From a virus, in IMG/VR virus record IMGVR_UViG_3300021961_000044, positions 28,987-92,986 of that record: a stretch of 64,000 nt of DNA; one strand, given 5' to 3'. A program made the translations under genes and the position numbers. Every line of letters begins with the position of its first letter. Positions within the stretch are counted from its first letter, which is position 1. The notes beneath the pieces were generated by a model. The model searched no databases and was not told the DNA's origin. It saw only the letters and a list, made by a program, of their open reading frames with translations. Of this stretch, positions 20,865-31,565 are shown piece after piece.

Positions 20865-21413
20865 ATGGCTCATAGACCTGTAGGATTATCAACATCATTG
20901 GCAACTAGTGCCACTTCTGGGATGACAAGTTCTTTTGTTGTCTCTTCAAATGTCATTAGGGTTGTTGCCGTAACGGCTGGTGCCCATGTAAAAATTGATA
21001 GCGCACCTACCGCCACTACTAATGATTATTATATTCCTGCAGGAACTTCCGCTACCCTTGCTTTAACAAAAGCATCTAATAGAGTTGTTGGAATTACTAC
21101 AGGAGCTTCTACCACAATTACTTTCCCAGAAGGAACACAGTGTCCATTTGGAGTTGGAGATTTTATTACAATAACAGGTGGATCAAATTCGGCGCTGAAT
21201 CTCCTCCATGTTGAAGTAACTAGTGTAGATACCACTTCAAATTTCAATGGAAATTTCCAAACCACATGTACAGTTGCTTATGACTCTAGTGCTGCTGGAG
21301 ATTTTGCAGGAGCAGATGTCACAGCAAGCCTCTCAGTGAGATTGGCAGCTAGAACTGATACTGGCACTGGAACTTTACATGCACAACAAGTTCAAATTTC
21401 AGGAGTAGCATAA
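20865..21413 (+). CDS. Hypothetical virion protein
   Basis: 182-aa Thr/Ala-rich ORF with late promoter at 20829. Confidence 0.6.
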   Translation: MAHRPVGLSTSLATSATSGMTSSFVVSSNVIRVVAVTAGAHVKIDSAPTATTNDYYIPAGTSATLALTKASNRVVGITTGASTTITFPEGTQCPFGVGDFITITGGSNSALNLLHVEVTSVDTTSNFNGNFQTTCTVAYDSSAAGDFAGADVTASLSVRLAARTDTGTGTLHAQQVQISGVA

Positions 21414-22063
21414 TGAAATTAATTAGGGAAGAAATTGAAAACGTAGAAATTATCGTAGAATCAAAAGGCGGTAAAAAGTCTCTTTACATCGAAGGAGTTT
21501 TTCTCCAAGGAGACATCAAAAACCGTAATGGTCGTATGTATCCAATGGAGACTCTTCGTCGCGAAGTTTCTCGCTACAATGAAAATCATGTTGTTGCTGG
21601 TAGAGCACTTGGAGAACTCGGTCATCCTGATGGTCCAACCGTCAATTTAGATCGTGTTTCTCATAAGATTGTTTCTCTGAAAGAAAGCGGATCCAACTTT
21701 ATCGGAAAAGCAAAAATTCTCGGAACACCAATGGGAAAAATTGCGGCTTCTCTTTTAGATGAAGGCGTAAAACTCGGTGTTTCTTCTAGAGGTATTGGAT
21801 CTTTAAGAGAAGACCGTAATGGTATCAAAGTTGTTGGTGAAGATTTTATGCTAGCTACTGCTGCTGATATCGTTGCCGATCCTTCCGCTCCTGATGCATT
21901 CGTATCAGGAATTATGGAAGGAAAAGAATGGGTTTGGGAAGGAGGCATTCTTCGTGAAAAGTTTGCTGAGCAAACCAAACGCAGAATTAATACTTTAGTC
22001 GATCAAAGAAAACTTGATGAACATAAGTTAAATTTGTTTGATGACTTCTTAAGAAGTCTCTAA
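21413..22063 (+). CDS. gp21: Prohead protease gp21
   Basis: MKLIRE, GELGHP, GVSSRG, DIVADPS. Confidence 0.97.
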   Translation: MKLIREEIENVEIIVESKGGKKSLYIEGVFLQGDIKNRNGRMYPMETLRREVSRYNENHVVAGRALGELGHPDGPTVNLDRVSHKIVSLKESGSNFIGKAKILGTPMGKIAASLLDEGVKLGVSSRGIGSLREDRNGIKVVGEDFMLATAADIVADPSAPDAFVSGIMEGKEWVWEGGILREKFAEQTKRRINTLVDQRKLDEHKLNLFDDFLRSL

Positions 22064-22127
22064 ACATTAAATATATTAATTTATAAATAAATATAGATTT
22101 AATACACAGGTAAATCGGAGAGTTCAA

Positions 22128-23231
22128 ATGTCTAGTGACAACAATTTACAAGAAATGGAAGCAGGCACTAAGCAATCCAAAACTGCCGTTAATGCTGGTG
22201 CTGCAGCGGCGGATTCAATGGATACTTCAGTTGCCGGAAGCTATGAAGATCTCGGTGGTCCTACCCCCGATAACTACAGATCTGACGACGATTCAGCAAA
22301 GTTAAAGACCCCTGGTGGATCTTTAAAGCAAGTTAAGGATGTAGTTAATAAGGGTGCTGGTGCCGCTGAAGCAGCTAAAGGAGTCAAGGAAGAAGAAGAT
22401 CTTTCTGACGAAGAAGTAGTTGCTGAAGAAGAAACTACTGAAGAAGAAGTAGTTGCTGAAGAAGAAGTCACTGAAGAAACTACTGAAGAAGAAACTGAAG
22501 AAGTCATTTCTGAGTATGACATCGAAGAAGATGTCAATGCTCTTCTTCAAGGTGAGGAACTCTCCGAAGAATTCCAAGAAAAAGCACGCATGATTTTTGA
22601 AGCAGCAATCAACTCTAAGGTTGCTGTTATCGAACAACAAATCAAAGAAGAATATGCTGCAGCTTTCGCTGAAGCTATCGAAGAAGAGAAGACTGCTCTT
22701 GCTGAAAGAGTAGATTCTTATCTCGAATATGTTGCTGACGAGTGGATGACCGAAAATACACTCGCAGTTGAAGCAGGTCTTAAGACCGAAATGACTGATT
22801 CATTCCTTGTTGGAATGAAGCAACTTTTTGAAGAACATTATGTAACCATCCCTGAAGATAAATATGATGTGCTTGAAAGCATGGTAGATAAACTTGATGA
22901 AATGGAAACAAAACTCAACGAGCAAATTGAGAAAAACGTTTCCCTAAACAAGCGTCTCGCAGAGTCGGTTGCTGAAGGAATCTTAGATCAAGTCTCTGAA
23001 GGTCTTGCACAGACACAGAAAGAGAAGCTCGCTTCACTTGCCGAAAGTGTTGAGTTTGAAAGTGAGACTCAATATCGTGAAAAACTGGAGACGCTGAAGG
23101 AGTCATATTTTAGCTCCAAGTCTTCATCTGCTAAGACTGAATCCATTTCTGAAGGAGTAGACGTAACTCCCGAATCTGTTTCGGGTACTATGGCTGCATA
23201 CCTGAGAACCATGGGTTCCATTAGCAAATAA
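22128..23231 (+). CDS. gp22: Prohead scaffold protein gp22
   Basis: Acidic coiled coil with VDSYLEY..EW; between gp21 and gp23; short GAAGAAGTAGTTGCT repeats. Confidence 0.93.
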   Translation: MSSDNNLQEMEAGTKQSKTAVNAGAAAADSMDTSVAGSYEDLGGPTPDNYRSDDDSAKLKTPGGSLKQVKDVVNKGAGAAEAAKGVKEEEDLSDEEVVAEEETTEEEVVAEEEVTEETTEEETEEVISEYDIEEDVNALLQGEELSEEFQEKARMIFEAAINSKVAVIEQQIKEEYAAAFAEAIEEEKTALAERVDSYLEYVADEWMTENTLAVEAGLKTEMTDSFLVGMKQLFEEHYVTIPEDKYDVLESMVDKLDEMETKLNEQIEKNVSLNKRLAESVAEGILDQVSEGLAQTQKEKLASLAESVEFESETQYREKLETLKESYFSSKSSSAKTESISEGVDVTPESVSGTMAAYLRTMGSISK

Positions 23232-23284
23232 CCCCTGAATTTAATATTAATTCAAACGTAAACATCCACAAAAGGTAAACGCAA

Positions 23285-24706
23285 ATGTTCCAATCCGAGC
23301 ATCTGCAGGAAAAGTGGGCACCTCTCCTCAATTATGAGGGTCTTGATCCTATCAAAGATTCGCACAGAAGAGCTGTAACCGCAGTCCTGCTTGAAAACCA
23401 AGAAAAATTCCTCCGTGAACAGTCTGCATTTGAGCAGTCTGGTTCATTCCTTTCCGAAGCTCCAACCAACAGCGCTGGTTCTTCCCCCGCTGGTTTCAGT
23501 GGTGGCGCAACTGCAGCTGGTCCTGTTGCAGGTTTCGACCCAGTTCTGATCTCACTGATCAGACGCTCCATGCCTAACCTGGTCGCTTATGACCTGGCTG
23601 GCGTTCAGCCTATGAGTGGTCCTACTGGACTCATCTTCGCGATGCGTTCACGTTACACCAATCAGTCTGGAACCGAAGCATTCTTCAACGAGCCTGATTC
23701 GGCATTCTCCGGACGTGACAATGCATCCAACGTTGAGACAGGTCATAGCGACGGTCTCGCTGGTATGGGTACTACCGCTCAGAGCGGCAGCAACCCATCT
23801 GTTCTGAACCCTGTTGGTGCTGCTGCTTCCCTGAGCTACAATGTCGGTCAGGGCATGACTACTGCTGAGGCAGAAGGTCTTGACGGCACTGGCGATGATG
23901 CATTCAACCAGATGGCATTCTCGATCGAGAAAGTCACTGTTACCGCCAAGTCACGCGCACTGAAGGCTGAGTACAGCTTAGAACTGGCTCAAGACCTCAA
24001 GGCAATCCACGGTCTGAACGCTGAAGCGGAACTCGCAAACATTCTCTCCACAGAGATTCTTGCTGAGATCAACCGCGAAGTTATCAGAACTATCTACAAG
24101 GTTGCTGAAGTAGGTGCTGTTCAGAACGTTGCTACCGCTGGTACATTCGACCTCGACGTTGACTCCAATGGTCGTTGGTCTGTTGAGAAGTTCAAGGGTC
24201 TCCTGTTCCAAATCGAGCGCGATGCTAACGCAATTGCACAAAGAACTCGTAGAGGAAAGGGCAACATCATCATGTGCTCTGCTGACGTTGCTTCAGCACT
24301 GACCATGGCTGGTGTTCTCGATTACACCCCTGCACTCAACGCTAACCTGAACGTTGATGACACCGGTAACACCTTCGCTGGTGTTCTCCAAGGTAAGTAT
24401 CGCGTCTACATCGATCCTTATTCGGCAAACCTGACCTCCGCTAACGGAGCACCTGGTAACCAGTACTACGTTGTTGGTTACAAGGGTACTTCCCCTTATG
24501 ACGCAGGTCTGTTCTATTGCCCATACGTTCCTCTCCAAATGGTCCGTGCCGTTGGTGAGAACTCCTTCCAGCCTAAGATTGGCTTCAAGACCCGTTACGG
24601 TCTGGTCGCTAACCCATTCGCAGAAGGAACCAACCAGGGTCTCGGTGCTCTGCACGTTAACCAAAACCGTTACTACAGAAGAGTTGCGGTTAAGAACCTC
24701 ATGTGA
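23285..24706 (+). CDS. gp23: Major capsid protein gp23
   Basis: GVQPMSGPTGLIFAMR, KSRALKAEY, YCPYVPL, FKTRYG. Confidence 0.99.
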   Translation: MFQSEHLQEKWAPLLNYEGLDPIKDSHRRAVTAVLLENQEKFLREQSAFEQSGSFLSEAPTNSAGSSPAGFSGGATAAGPVAGFDPVLISLIRRSMPNLVAYDLAGVQPMSGPTGLIFAMRSRYTNQSGTEAFFNEPDSAFSGRDNASNVETGHSDGLAGMGTTAQSGSNPSVLNPVGAAASLSYNVGQGMTTAEAEGLDGTGDDAFNQMAFSIEKVTVTAKSRALKAEYSLELAQDLKAIHGLNAEAELANILSTEILAEINREVIRTIYKVAEVGAVQNVATAGTFDLDVDSNGRWSVEKFKGLLFQIERDANAIAQRTRRGKGNIIMCSADVASALTMAGVLDYTPALNANLNVDDTGNTFAGVLQGKYRVYIDPYSANLTSANGAPGNQYYVVGYKGTSPYDAGLFYCPYVPLQMVRAVGENSFQPKIGFKTRYGLVANPFAEGTNQGLGALHVNQNRYYRRVAVKNLM

Positions 24707-24735
24707 TATAATTCATATCCGTGTGAAGGAAGTGC

Positions 24736-24764
24736 GAGGAGGTCTTCGGACCTCCTCTTTTTTT
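24736..24764 (+). terminator. Rho-independent terminator with cUUCGg tetraloop after gp23
   Basis: GAGGAGGTC-TTCG-GACCTCCTC followed by T run. Confidence 0.93.
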
Positions 24765-24791
24765 ATCTAAATACATAAAAAGCTCAAAAAA

Positions 24792-25343
24792 ATGTTGGAT
24801 TCACAATTAGATAATAGAAATTTTTTATCCCCAACAGGGTTTAAATTTACTATTAAGAAAGCACCTGGAGCAACTTTTTTTTGCAACCAAGCAAATATCC
24901 CATCCTTAGATTTGGGAATTGCTGTGCAATCAACTTATTTAAAAGATATAGACGTTCCTGGTGACAAAATTAGATTTGGAGATCTCAATATCCAATTCTT
25001 AATAGATGAAAATATGACAAATTATATTGAACTTCAAAAATGGATTCGTGGATTAGGATATCCAGAAAAACTTCAACAATTTGAAGAATGGAAACAAGAA
25101 GATATAATGTATCAACATTTCTCCAAACAGGGAGATGAACCATATTCGGACGGAACTCTTCAAGTTCTAAACAGTAACAATATATCCAATATTGAAATAA
25201 GATTTAGAAGAATGTTTCCATACAGTCTTTCTACATTAAATTTCAATGCCACAGAAACAGATGTGAGCTACTTTACTGCTCAGGCATCTTTCAAGTATAC
25301 TATATACGATATACTCGATATCGAAGGAAACAAATTATTATGA
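24792..25343 (+). CDS. gp3: Tail completion / tube terminator gp3
   Basis: NRNFLSPTGFKF, PGDK..FGDL, IDENM.NY. Confidence 0.88.
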   Translation: MLDSQLDNRNFLSPTGFKFTIKKAPGATFFCNQANIPSLDLGIAVQSTYLKDIDVPGDKIRFGDLNIQFLIDENMTNYIELQKWIRGLGYPEKLQQFEEWKQEDIMYQHFSKQGDEPYSDGTLQVLNSNNISNIEIRFRRMFPYSLSTLNFNATETDVSYFTAQASFKYTIYDILDIEGNKLL

Positions 25344-25777
25344 GTTTTGATCTTGATAAAATTCAAGAAATGTGGGAAAAAGATTCTAAAATTGATATGG
25401 ATAACTTGCATACAGAATCTACAAATATTCCTGTTTTACATGCAAAATATTTCCAACTCTACAATACCATCTTTCTTTTAAGAAAAAAAGCGGAACAACA
25501 AAGAAAAAATATTAGACATGAACGTTATGAATACTTTTCTGGAAAGGCAGATCCTGATGTTTATGTAGAGAATCCATTTCCAAAAAAGATTCGTGACAAA
25601 GATACTATGCAAAAATATCTTGATGCCGATGAGAAACTTTCTTCGATTTGTTTAAAAATCGATTACTATGATACTATTCTTGTATATATTGAAAGTATTT
25701 TAAAACAAGTTACTAATCGCACATATCAAATAAAAAATGCAATAGAGTTTATGAGATTTAATTCGGGATTGGGATAA
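25340..25777 (+). CDS. uvsY: Recombination mediator UvsY
   Basis: LHAKY, YFSGKA, R.YQIKNAIE; upstream of uvsW. Confidence 0.9.
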   Translation: MSFDLDKIQEMWEKDSKIDMDNLHTESTNIPVLHAKYFQLYNTIFLLRKKAEQQRKNIRHERYEYFSGKADPDVYVENPFPKKIRDKDTMQKYLDADEKLSSICLKIDYYDTILVYIESILKQVTNRTYQIKNAIEFMRFNSGLG

Positions 25778-25998
25778 TGGACAACGAAGACTGGATTTAT
25801 GCTGATGAAGATTTTGATGCGGATATTCCCTATGTTGAACTTCAATTTGGAATTGAAGATCTAACAATTATTCATGATGCTGTCAAATTTAGTTATGAAA
25901 ATTACTCTGAAGATAATCCTGAAGGAAAACAAAGATTAAATTATCTGAGAGATTTTTTGTATAGGATTATTTTGGAATATAGGTTTAACGTAGACTAA
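25777..25998 (+). CDS. Hypothetical protein
   Basis: 73-aa ORF coupled to uvsY. Confidence 0.6.
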   Translation: MDNEDWIYADEDFDADIPYVELQFGIEDLTIIHDAVKFSYENYSEDNPEGKQRLNYLRDFLYRIILEYRFNVD

Positions 25999-26019
25999 TA
26001 AATATCTACAGATGCATAA

Positions 26020-27501
26020 ATGCATGTGATTGATACTGAGTCAAATCTTATTATTACCAAATCAAACGAAGTATTTTTAAAGGTAAAAACGGAACCGCAC
26101 ATTGAGTATGAACTCAGAGACCATTTTACCTTTGAAGTTCCAAACGCAAAGTTTATGCCTCAATATAGGGGCAGAAATTGGAATGGAGAAATACATTTAT
26201 TTGATATGAGATCTAAGCAAATTTATGTTGGACTCTTAGATAAGATTGTCCAGTTTTGCAAGAATCATGGATATACTTATAAATTTGAAGATAATAAATG
26301 GTATGGCACTCCATATGAAGAAAATGAAAATATCTCATATGAAGGAGTTAAAGACTATATGAATGCTATTTGCTCCCATTCTCCAAGGAAATACCAAATT
26401 GAGGGAGTATACGGTGCTCTAAAGCATAATAGAAAACTATTGATAAGCCCCACTGCGAGCGGCAAATCTTTGATGATTTATTCTCTTGTGAGATATTATG
26501 TAGACAAAGGAGAAAAAATCCTTTTAGTTGTTCCAACGACATCTCTTGTAGAGCAGATGTACAAGGATTTCCTTGATTATGGTTGGGATGTTGATTCATA
26601 CTGCCACAAGATTTATTCTGGTAAAGAAAAAAATATTGATGTTCCAGTAACAATTACTACTTGGCAATCTGTATATAAACTAGAACGTTCTTTTTTTGAA
26701 AAGTATGGTTGTATTATAGGCGATGAAGCACATTTATTCAAGTCTAAATCTTTAATTCAGATTATGACCAAACTTCATCATGCCAAATACCGTTTTGGTT
26801 TTACTGGAACTTTAGATGGAACTCAAACACATAAATGGGTGCTTGAAGGATTATTTGGTCCATCCTATAAAGTGACAAGAACAGAAGAATTGATGAAACA
26901 AGGTCACTTGTCTCAACTGGATATTCAGTGTCTTATTCTTAAACATCCTTCAAAAAAATTTGATACCTATGAAGATGAGATACAATATTTAATTTCACAC
27001 GAGCAAAGAAATAAATTTATTACCAATCTTACTTTAGATTTAAAAGGAAATACTCTTGTGTTATTCAGTAGAGTAGAAGCACACGGAGCAGTCTTATATG
27101 AAAAGATAAATAGTAGTACACGAGTTGATCGTAGAGTATTTTTTGTGCATGGTGGAGTTGATGCTGAAGAAAGAGAATTAGTCAGAGAGATTACTGAAAG
27201 AGAAAACAACGCAATCATCGTTGCTTCTTATGGAACTTTTTCTACTGGTATTAATATTAAAAACCTCCATAACGTTATCTTTGCATCACCCAGTAAATCG
27301 AGAGTTAGAAATCTCCAATCAATTGGACGAGTTCTTAGAAAGGGAAAAGATAAGTCTAAAGCAATGCTCTATGACATCGCTGATGATTGTTCAACTAAAT
27401 CAAGAAGAAACTATACTTTAAACCACCTCATTGAAAGAATTAAAATCTATAATGAAGAGAATTTTAATTATGACATAATAACTATCAATCTAAAACCATG
27501 A
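26020..27501 (+). CDS. uvsW: RNA-DNA/DNA helicase UvsW
   Basis: SF2 motifs PTASGKS, DEAH, TGT, QSIGRVLR. Confidence 0.96.
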   Translation: MHVIDTESNLIITKSNEVFLKVKTEPHIEYELRDHFTFEVPNAKFMPQYRGRNWNGEIHLFDMRSKQIYVGLLDKIVQFCKNHGYTYKFEDNKWYGTPYEENENISYEGVKDYMNAICSHSPRKYQIEGVYGALKHNRKLLISPTASGKSLMIYSLVRYYVDKGEKILLVVPTTSLVEQMYKDFLDYGWDVDSYCHKIYSGKEKNIDVPVTITTWQSVYKLERSFFEKYGCIIGDEAHLFKSKSLIQIMTKLHHAKYRFGFTGTLDGTQTHKWVLEGLFGPSYKVTRTEELMKQGHLSQLDIQCLILKHPSKKFDTYEDEIQYLISHEQRNKFITNLTLDLKGNTLVLFSRVEAHGAVLYEKINSSTRVDRRVFFVHGGVDAEERELVREITERENNAIIVASYGTFSTGINIKNLHNVIFASPSKSRVRNLQSIGRVLRKGKDKSKAMLYDIADDCSTKSRRNYTLNHLIERIKIYNEENFNYDIITINLKP

Positions 27502-27899
27502 TGGAAGATGATTTTTATGCAACAATAAAACTAAAAACAGGCGAAGAAATATTTGCCAAAGTTTCACCATGCCATGAAGATGACAGAACTTTATTATTTC
27601 TTTCTTGTCCAATAATATTAGAAGAAATCAAACATCCTAAAGGGGTTACTGGATACAAAGTAGAAAGATGGTTGAAAAGTTCTGATGGAGAGATGATAGT
27701 ATTGGACATGGACAATGTACTTACAATGTCAGAATCAAAAGATATGCACATAATAAATATGCATCAACATTTCAGCAGATCATCTAATGAAAAATCTCCA
27801 TCAAATTCATCTCATTCAGAGTTAAGTAGAAAAATGGGATTCTTAGGAAACGTTGATGAAGCAAAAGAATTATTAGAAAAGCTTTATAAAGAACATTAA
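27498..27899 (+). CDS. Conserved hypothetical protein (Sm-like N-terminus)
   Basis: IKLKTGEEI motif; between uvsW and gp55. Confidence 0.7.
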   Translation: MMEDDFYATIKLKTGEEIFAKVSPCHEDDRTLLFLSCPIILEEIKHPKGVTGYKVERWLKSSDGEMIVLDMDNVLTMSESKDMHIINMHQHFSRSSNEKSPSNSSHSELSRKMGFLGNVDEAKELLEKLYKEH

Positions 27900-27931
27900 G
27901 CTATATTTGTCTCTTCAACCCTAACAAAGGT

Positions 27932-27960
27932 ATTCTACTGATGTTTTAGAACCTTGTCAA
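27932..27960 (-). promoter_or_regulatory. Antisense sigma70-type promoter
   Basis: Minus strand reads TTGACA-N17-TAGAAT. Confidence 0.7.
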
Positions 27961-27983
27961 CTATTCACTGTAGATGTTATAAT
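27954..27983 (+). promoter_or_regulatory. sigma70-type promoter for gp55
   Basis: TTGTCA-N18-TATAAT with extended -10 TG. Confidence 0.65.
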
Positions 27984-28007
27984 GTCTACATATGATAGTA
28001 AATACTT

Positions 28008-28544
28008 ATGATACATTCAGGAATGACTAAAAGAAAAAGGTCAGAACATTATGTAAATAATAAAGAATTTCTTGCAGCATTGATAACTTATAGAAATGAT
28101 GTAGAAAATACATTTATTAAAAAGTTTGGAAGAGAACCAACCAAAGAAGATAGAGGCACAAAGTGGGATACTAAACCTCCTATCCCTCGCTACATTGGAG
28201 AGTGTTTTCTTAAGATTGCTAATCACTTGTCATTCAAACCAAACTTCGTGAACTATATGTTCAAGGAAGATATGATTTCTGATGGCATTGAAAACTGTGT
28301 TCAATACATTCATAACTTCAATCCAGAGAAGTCACAAAACCCATTTGCATACTTCACTCAAATCATTCACTACGCTTTCCTTCGTCGTATCCAAAGAGAA
28401 AAGCGTCAATTAGACATCAAGAATAAGATTATTGAACGATCTGGATTTACTGAAGTATTTGACGATAACAATACTCTTGACGGATCCAACTACTCCGATT
28501 ACAATAGCATTAAAGACGCTGTACACTCTAAACTTCGGTACTGA
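28008..28544 (+). CDS. gp55: Late-transcription sigma factor gp55
   Basis: HYVNNKEF, YIGECFLKIA, NFNPEKSQNPFAYFTQI. Confidence 0.96.
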   Translation: MIHSGMTKRKRSEHYVNNKEFLAALITYRNDVENTFIKKFGREPTKEDRGTKWDTKPPIPRYIGECFLKIANHLSFKPNFVNYMFKEDMISDGIENCVQYIHNFNPEKSQNPFAYFTQIIHYAFLRRIQREKRQLDIKNKIIERSGFTEVFDDNNTLDGSNYSDYNSIKDAVHSKLRY

Positions 28545-29594
28545 ATGAAAGTCGCTATTATCACGGATCAACATTTTGGATGCCGTAAAAATTCAAAATT
28601 ATTTCATGATTATTTTTTGAAATTCTATAATGATATATTTTTTCCTACCTTGGAAAAAGAAGGAATTTCAGTAGTTATTGATATGGGAGATACGTTTGAT
28701 AATAGACAAGGTATTAATTTTGGTGCTTTAGCGTGGGCAAAAGATAATTACTATGATCGTTTGAGGAACATGGGTGTTCATGTTCATACGATTGTTGGAA
28801 ACCATACTGCATTTTATAAAAATACGAATGAAATTAACGCAGTAGATTTGTTGCTTCGTGAATACAACAATGTTACTGTATATTCAAATGCAAAAGAAGT
28901 TAAGTTAGATAATTTAAATGTTCTTTTTATTCCTTGGATCAATCAAGAGAATGAAAATGAAACAGTCAAATTGGTTAAAAATACAACTTGTAAACTGGCA
29001 ATGGGTCATCTTGAATTAAATGGATTCAGGGCTCATCGTGGACATGTCATGGAAAATGGTATGGATACAGATCTTTTTAACAAATTTGAAAAAGTATACT
29101 CTGGACATTATCATACAAGATCTTCCGATGGTAAAATTTTCTATTTGGGAAATCCATATGAAATGTTTTGGAATGATGTAAATGACACTCGTGGATTCCA
29201 TATATTTGATACAGAAACTCTAGAGCATGTTGCAGTCGATAATCCATATAAGTTGTTTTATAACATTTATTATGAAGATCAACCACATCAACTTCTAGAT
29301 GCAAAAGTGTATGAGGATAAAATTGTAAAAGTTATTGTCCGTAAAAAATCAAGTTCTAAAAGATTTGAAAAATTTATTGATAAACTTTATGATGCTGGAG
29401 TATATGAGTTAAAAGTTGTTGAAACATATAATTTTGATGGATGGTATGAATCCGATGATAAAAAAACATATGAATCGGAAGATACGATGTCAATTCTAAA
29501 CCGTTATATTGATGATGCAGAAATAGAATTGGATAAGTCCCACATTAAGAATATTATGAGAACAGTATATCAAGAAGCATGTGAGATGATATAA
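28545..29594 (+). CDS. gp47: Recombination endonuclease subunit gp47 (Mre11/SbcD-like)
   Basis: D.HFG, GDTFD, GNH, SGHYH metallophosphoesterase motifs. Confidence 0.95.
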   Translation: MKVAIITDQHFGCRKNSKLFHDYFLKFYNDIFFPTLEKEGISVVIDMGDTFDNRQGINFGALAWAKDNYYDRLRNMGVHVHTIVGNHTAFYKNTNEINAVDLLLREYNNVTVYSNAKEVKLDNLNVLFIPWINQENENETVKLVKNTTCKLAMGHLELNGFRAHRGHVMENGMDTDLFNKFEKVYSGHYHTRSSDGKIFYLGNPYEMFWNDVNDTRGFHIFDTETLEHVAVDNPYKLFYNIYYEDQPHQLLDAKVYEDKIVKVIVRKKSSSKRFEKFIDKLYDAGVYELKVVETYNFDGWYESDDKKTYESEDTMSILNRYIDDAEIELDKSHIKNIMRTVYQEACEMI

Positions 29595-29866
29595 TGTATA
29601 TTATTACTGTATTGGGAAAGGAGAGCGAAGGTGCTTATTCAGTTATGAGTGATGATGGAGAACATGTTCTCTATATGTTTGAAGATGAGGACGATGCTGT
29701 GAGATATGCTATGCTTTTGGAAGAAGATAGAGATTTCCCAGAAATGCATGTAATTGAAGTTGACGATGAAATGATGTTTCAGTTATGTGAACTAAACGAT
29801 TATAGATATGCAGTTATATCTAAGAATGACATTGTAATTCCACCAGAACACCATGATTATATTTGA
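29594..29866 (+). CDS. Conserved hypothetical protein
   Basis: EGAYSV...FEDEDDA.RYA.LLE motif; between gp47 and gp46. Confidence 0.7.
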   Translation: MYIITVLGKESEGAYSVMSDDGEHVLYMFEDEDDAVRYAMLLEEDRDFPEMHVIEVDDEMMFQLCELNDYRYAVISKNDIVIPPEHHDYI

Positions 29867-31565
29867 AAAAATTCGTTGGAAAAACTTTTTGTCAACGGGC
29901 AATCAATTTACTGAAATTAATTTATCCAATAAATCTACAACTCTGGTTGTAGGTACTAATGGTGCTGGAAAGAGTACAGTTTTGGATGCACTTACTTTTT
30001 CTTTGTTCGGCAAACCATATAGAAAAATCAATAAACCACAACTTTCTAATTCCGTGAATGAAAAAGATTGTGTTGTTGAAATTGAATTTACTATTGGTCC
30101 TTCCAAATGGAAAATAATTCGTGGAATCAAACCAAATAAATTCGAGATTTATAAAAATGATAATCTATTGAATCAAGACGCAAGTATTATTGATCAACAA
30201 AAATGGTTTGAGCAAAATGTCTTAAAAATGAACTATAAGTCTTTTACTCAAATTGTAATTTTGGGTAGCAGCACTTTTGTTCCATTTATGCAACTTTCCG
30301 CTTCTCATCGAAGAGAAGTGATTGAGGATCTTCTGGATATTAAAATATTCTCTTCAATGAGTAATATTTTGAAAGAAAAAATTCGTGATGTTAGGGAAGA
30401 AATTAAAGTCCTTGAACTTAAAAAAGAATCTCTCAAGGATAAAGTTGAAATGCAAAACAACTTTATAGAAGAATTGGAGAATCGCGGTAAAGAAAATATA
30501 AATCAGAAAAAACATATTATAGAAAGTCTTATTAGTGAAGAAACTCTTTTGATGAATTCAAATGCTTCTATTGAGGAAGATATTTTTAAACTCACAAAGG
30601 ATCTTGAAGATGTTTCTGGAGCAACAGAAAAACTTCGTAGACTTGGTGGACTCAAAGGAAAAATCTCACAAAAAGTATCAAACATTACAACAGAACATAA
30701 ATTTTTTACAGAAAATACGGTATGCCCTACATGTACGCAATCTATTGATGAAGAGTTTCGCCTAAATAGAATTAAGGACGCTCAAGATAAAGCAAAGGAG
30801 TTGCAGTCTGGTTACAAAGAACTAGAGGAGGCAATTAAAGAGGAGGAAGAGCGAGAGCGTCATTTTTCCATTTTATCTAAGGAGATTACTTCTTTAACAC
30901 ATGGCATTTCTAAAAACAATACTAAGATATCTGGATGTCAACGACAGATCAGAGATCTGGAATCGGAAATTCAGAGAATTACCGATCAACTTGAAAACAG
31001 AAATACTGAACATGAGAAGTTAGAAACTTTTAAAAAAAATTTAATAACAACGGATAATTCTCTTTTTGAATACAAAGAGAATTTATCTAACTATAATTTT
31101 TCTTTTTCCCTACTCAAAGATGGAGGGGTTAAAGGAAATATTATTAAAAAATATCTTCCTCTGATAAATCAGCAAGTAAACAGATACTTGCAGATGATGG
31201 ACTTCTATATTAATTTTACTCTTGATGAGGAGTTTAATGAAACTGTAGAATCTCCTATTCATGAGAATTTTTCATATTCATCTTTTAGTGAAGGCGAAAA
31301 GATGAGAATCGATCTCTCTCTTCTGTTTACTTGGAGAGAAGTTGCTAGAATGAAAAATTCTATCAACACAAATCTTCTCATAATGGATGAAGTGTTTGAT
31401 AGTTCTCTGGATGGTTTTGGTACAGATGAATTTTTAAAAATCATTCGGTTTGTCATCAAAGACGCTAACATTTTTGTTATATCCCATAAAACAGGAATGG
31501 AAGACAAGTTTGATGATGTAATTAAATTTGAAAAAGTTAAAGGATTTAGTAGAGTGGCATTATGA
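29853..31565 (+). CDS. gp46: Recombination ATPase subunit gp46 (Rad50/SbcC-like)
   Basis: GTNGAGKS, zinc hook CPTC, FSEGE, MDEVFDSSLD. Confidence 0.96.
   Translation: MIIFEKIRWKNFLSTGNQFTEINLSNKSTTLVVGTNGAGKSTVLDALTFSLFGKPYRKINKPQLSNSVNEKDCVVEIEFTIGPSKWKIIRGIKPNKFEIYKNDNLLNQDASIIDQQKWFEQNVLKMNYKSFTQIVILGSSTFVPFMQLSASHRREVIEDLLDIKIFSSMSNILKEKIRDVREEIKVLELKKESLKDKVEMQNNFIEELENRGKENINQKKHIIESLISEETLLMNSNASIEEDIFKLTKDLEDVSGATEKLRRLGGLKGKISQKVSNITTEHKFFTENTVCPTCTQSIDEEFRLNRIKDAQDKAKELQSGYKELEEAIKEEEERERHFSILSKEITSLTHGISKNNTKISGCQRQIRDLESEIQRITDQLENRNTEHEKLETFKKNLITTDNSLFEYKENLSNYNFSFSLLKDGGVKGNIIKKYLPLINQQVNRYLQMMDFYINFTLDEEFNETVESPIHENFSYSSFSEGEKMRIDLSLLFTWREVARMKNSINTNLLIMDEVFDSSLDGFGTDEFLKIIRFVIKDANIFVISHKTGMEDKFDDVIKFEKVKGFSRVAL

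Noticed and set aside
22400-22505. GAA-rich tandem repeats
   Set aside because: They encode the ordinary acidic linker of scaffold gp22
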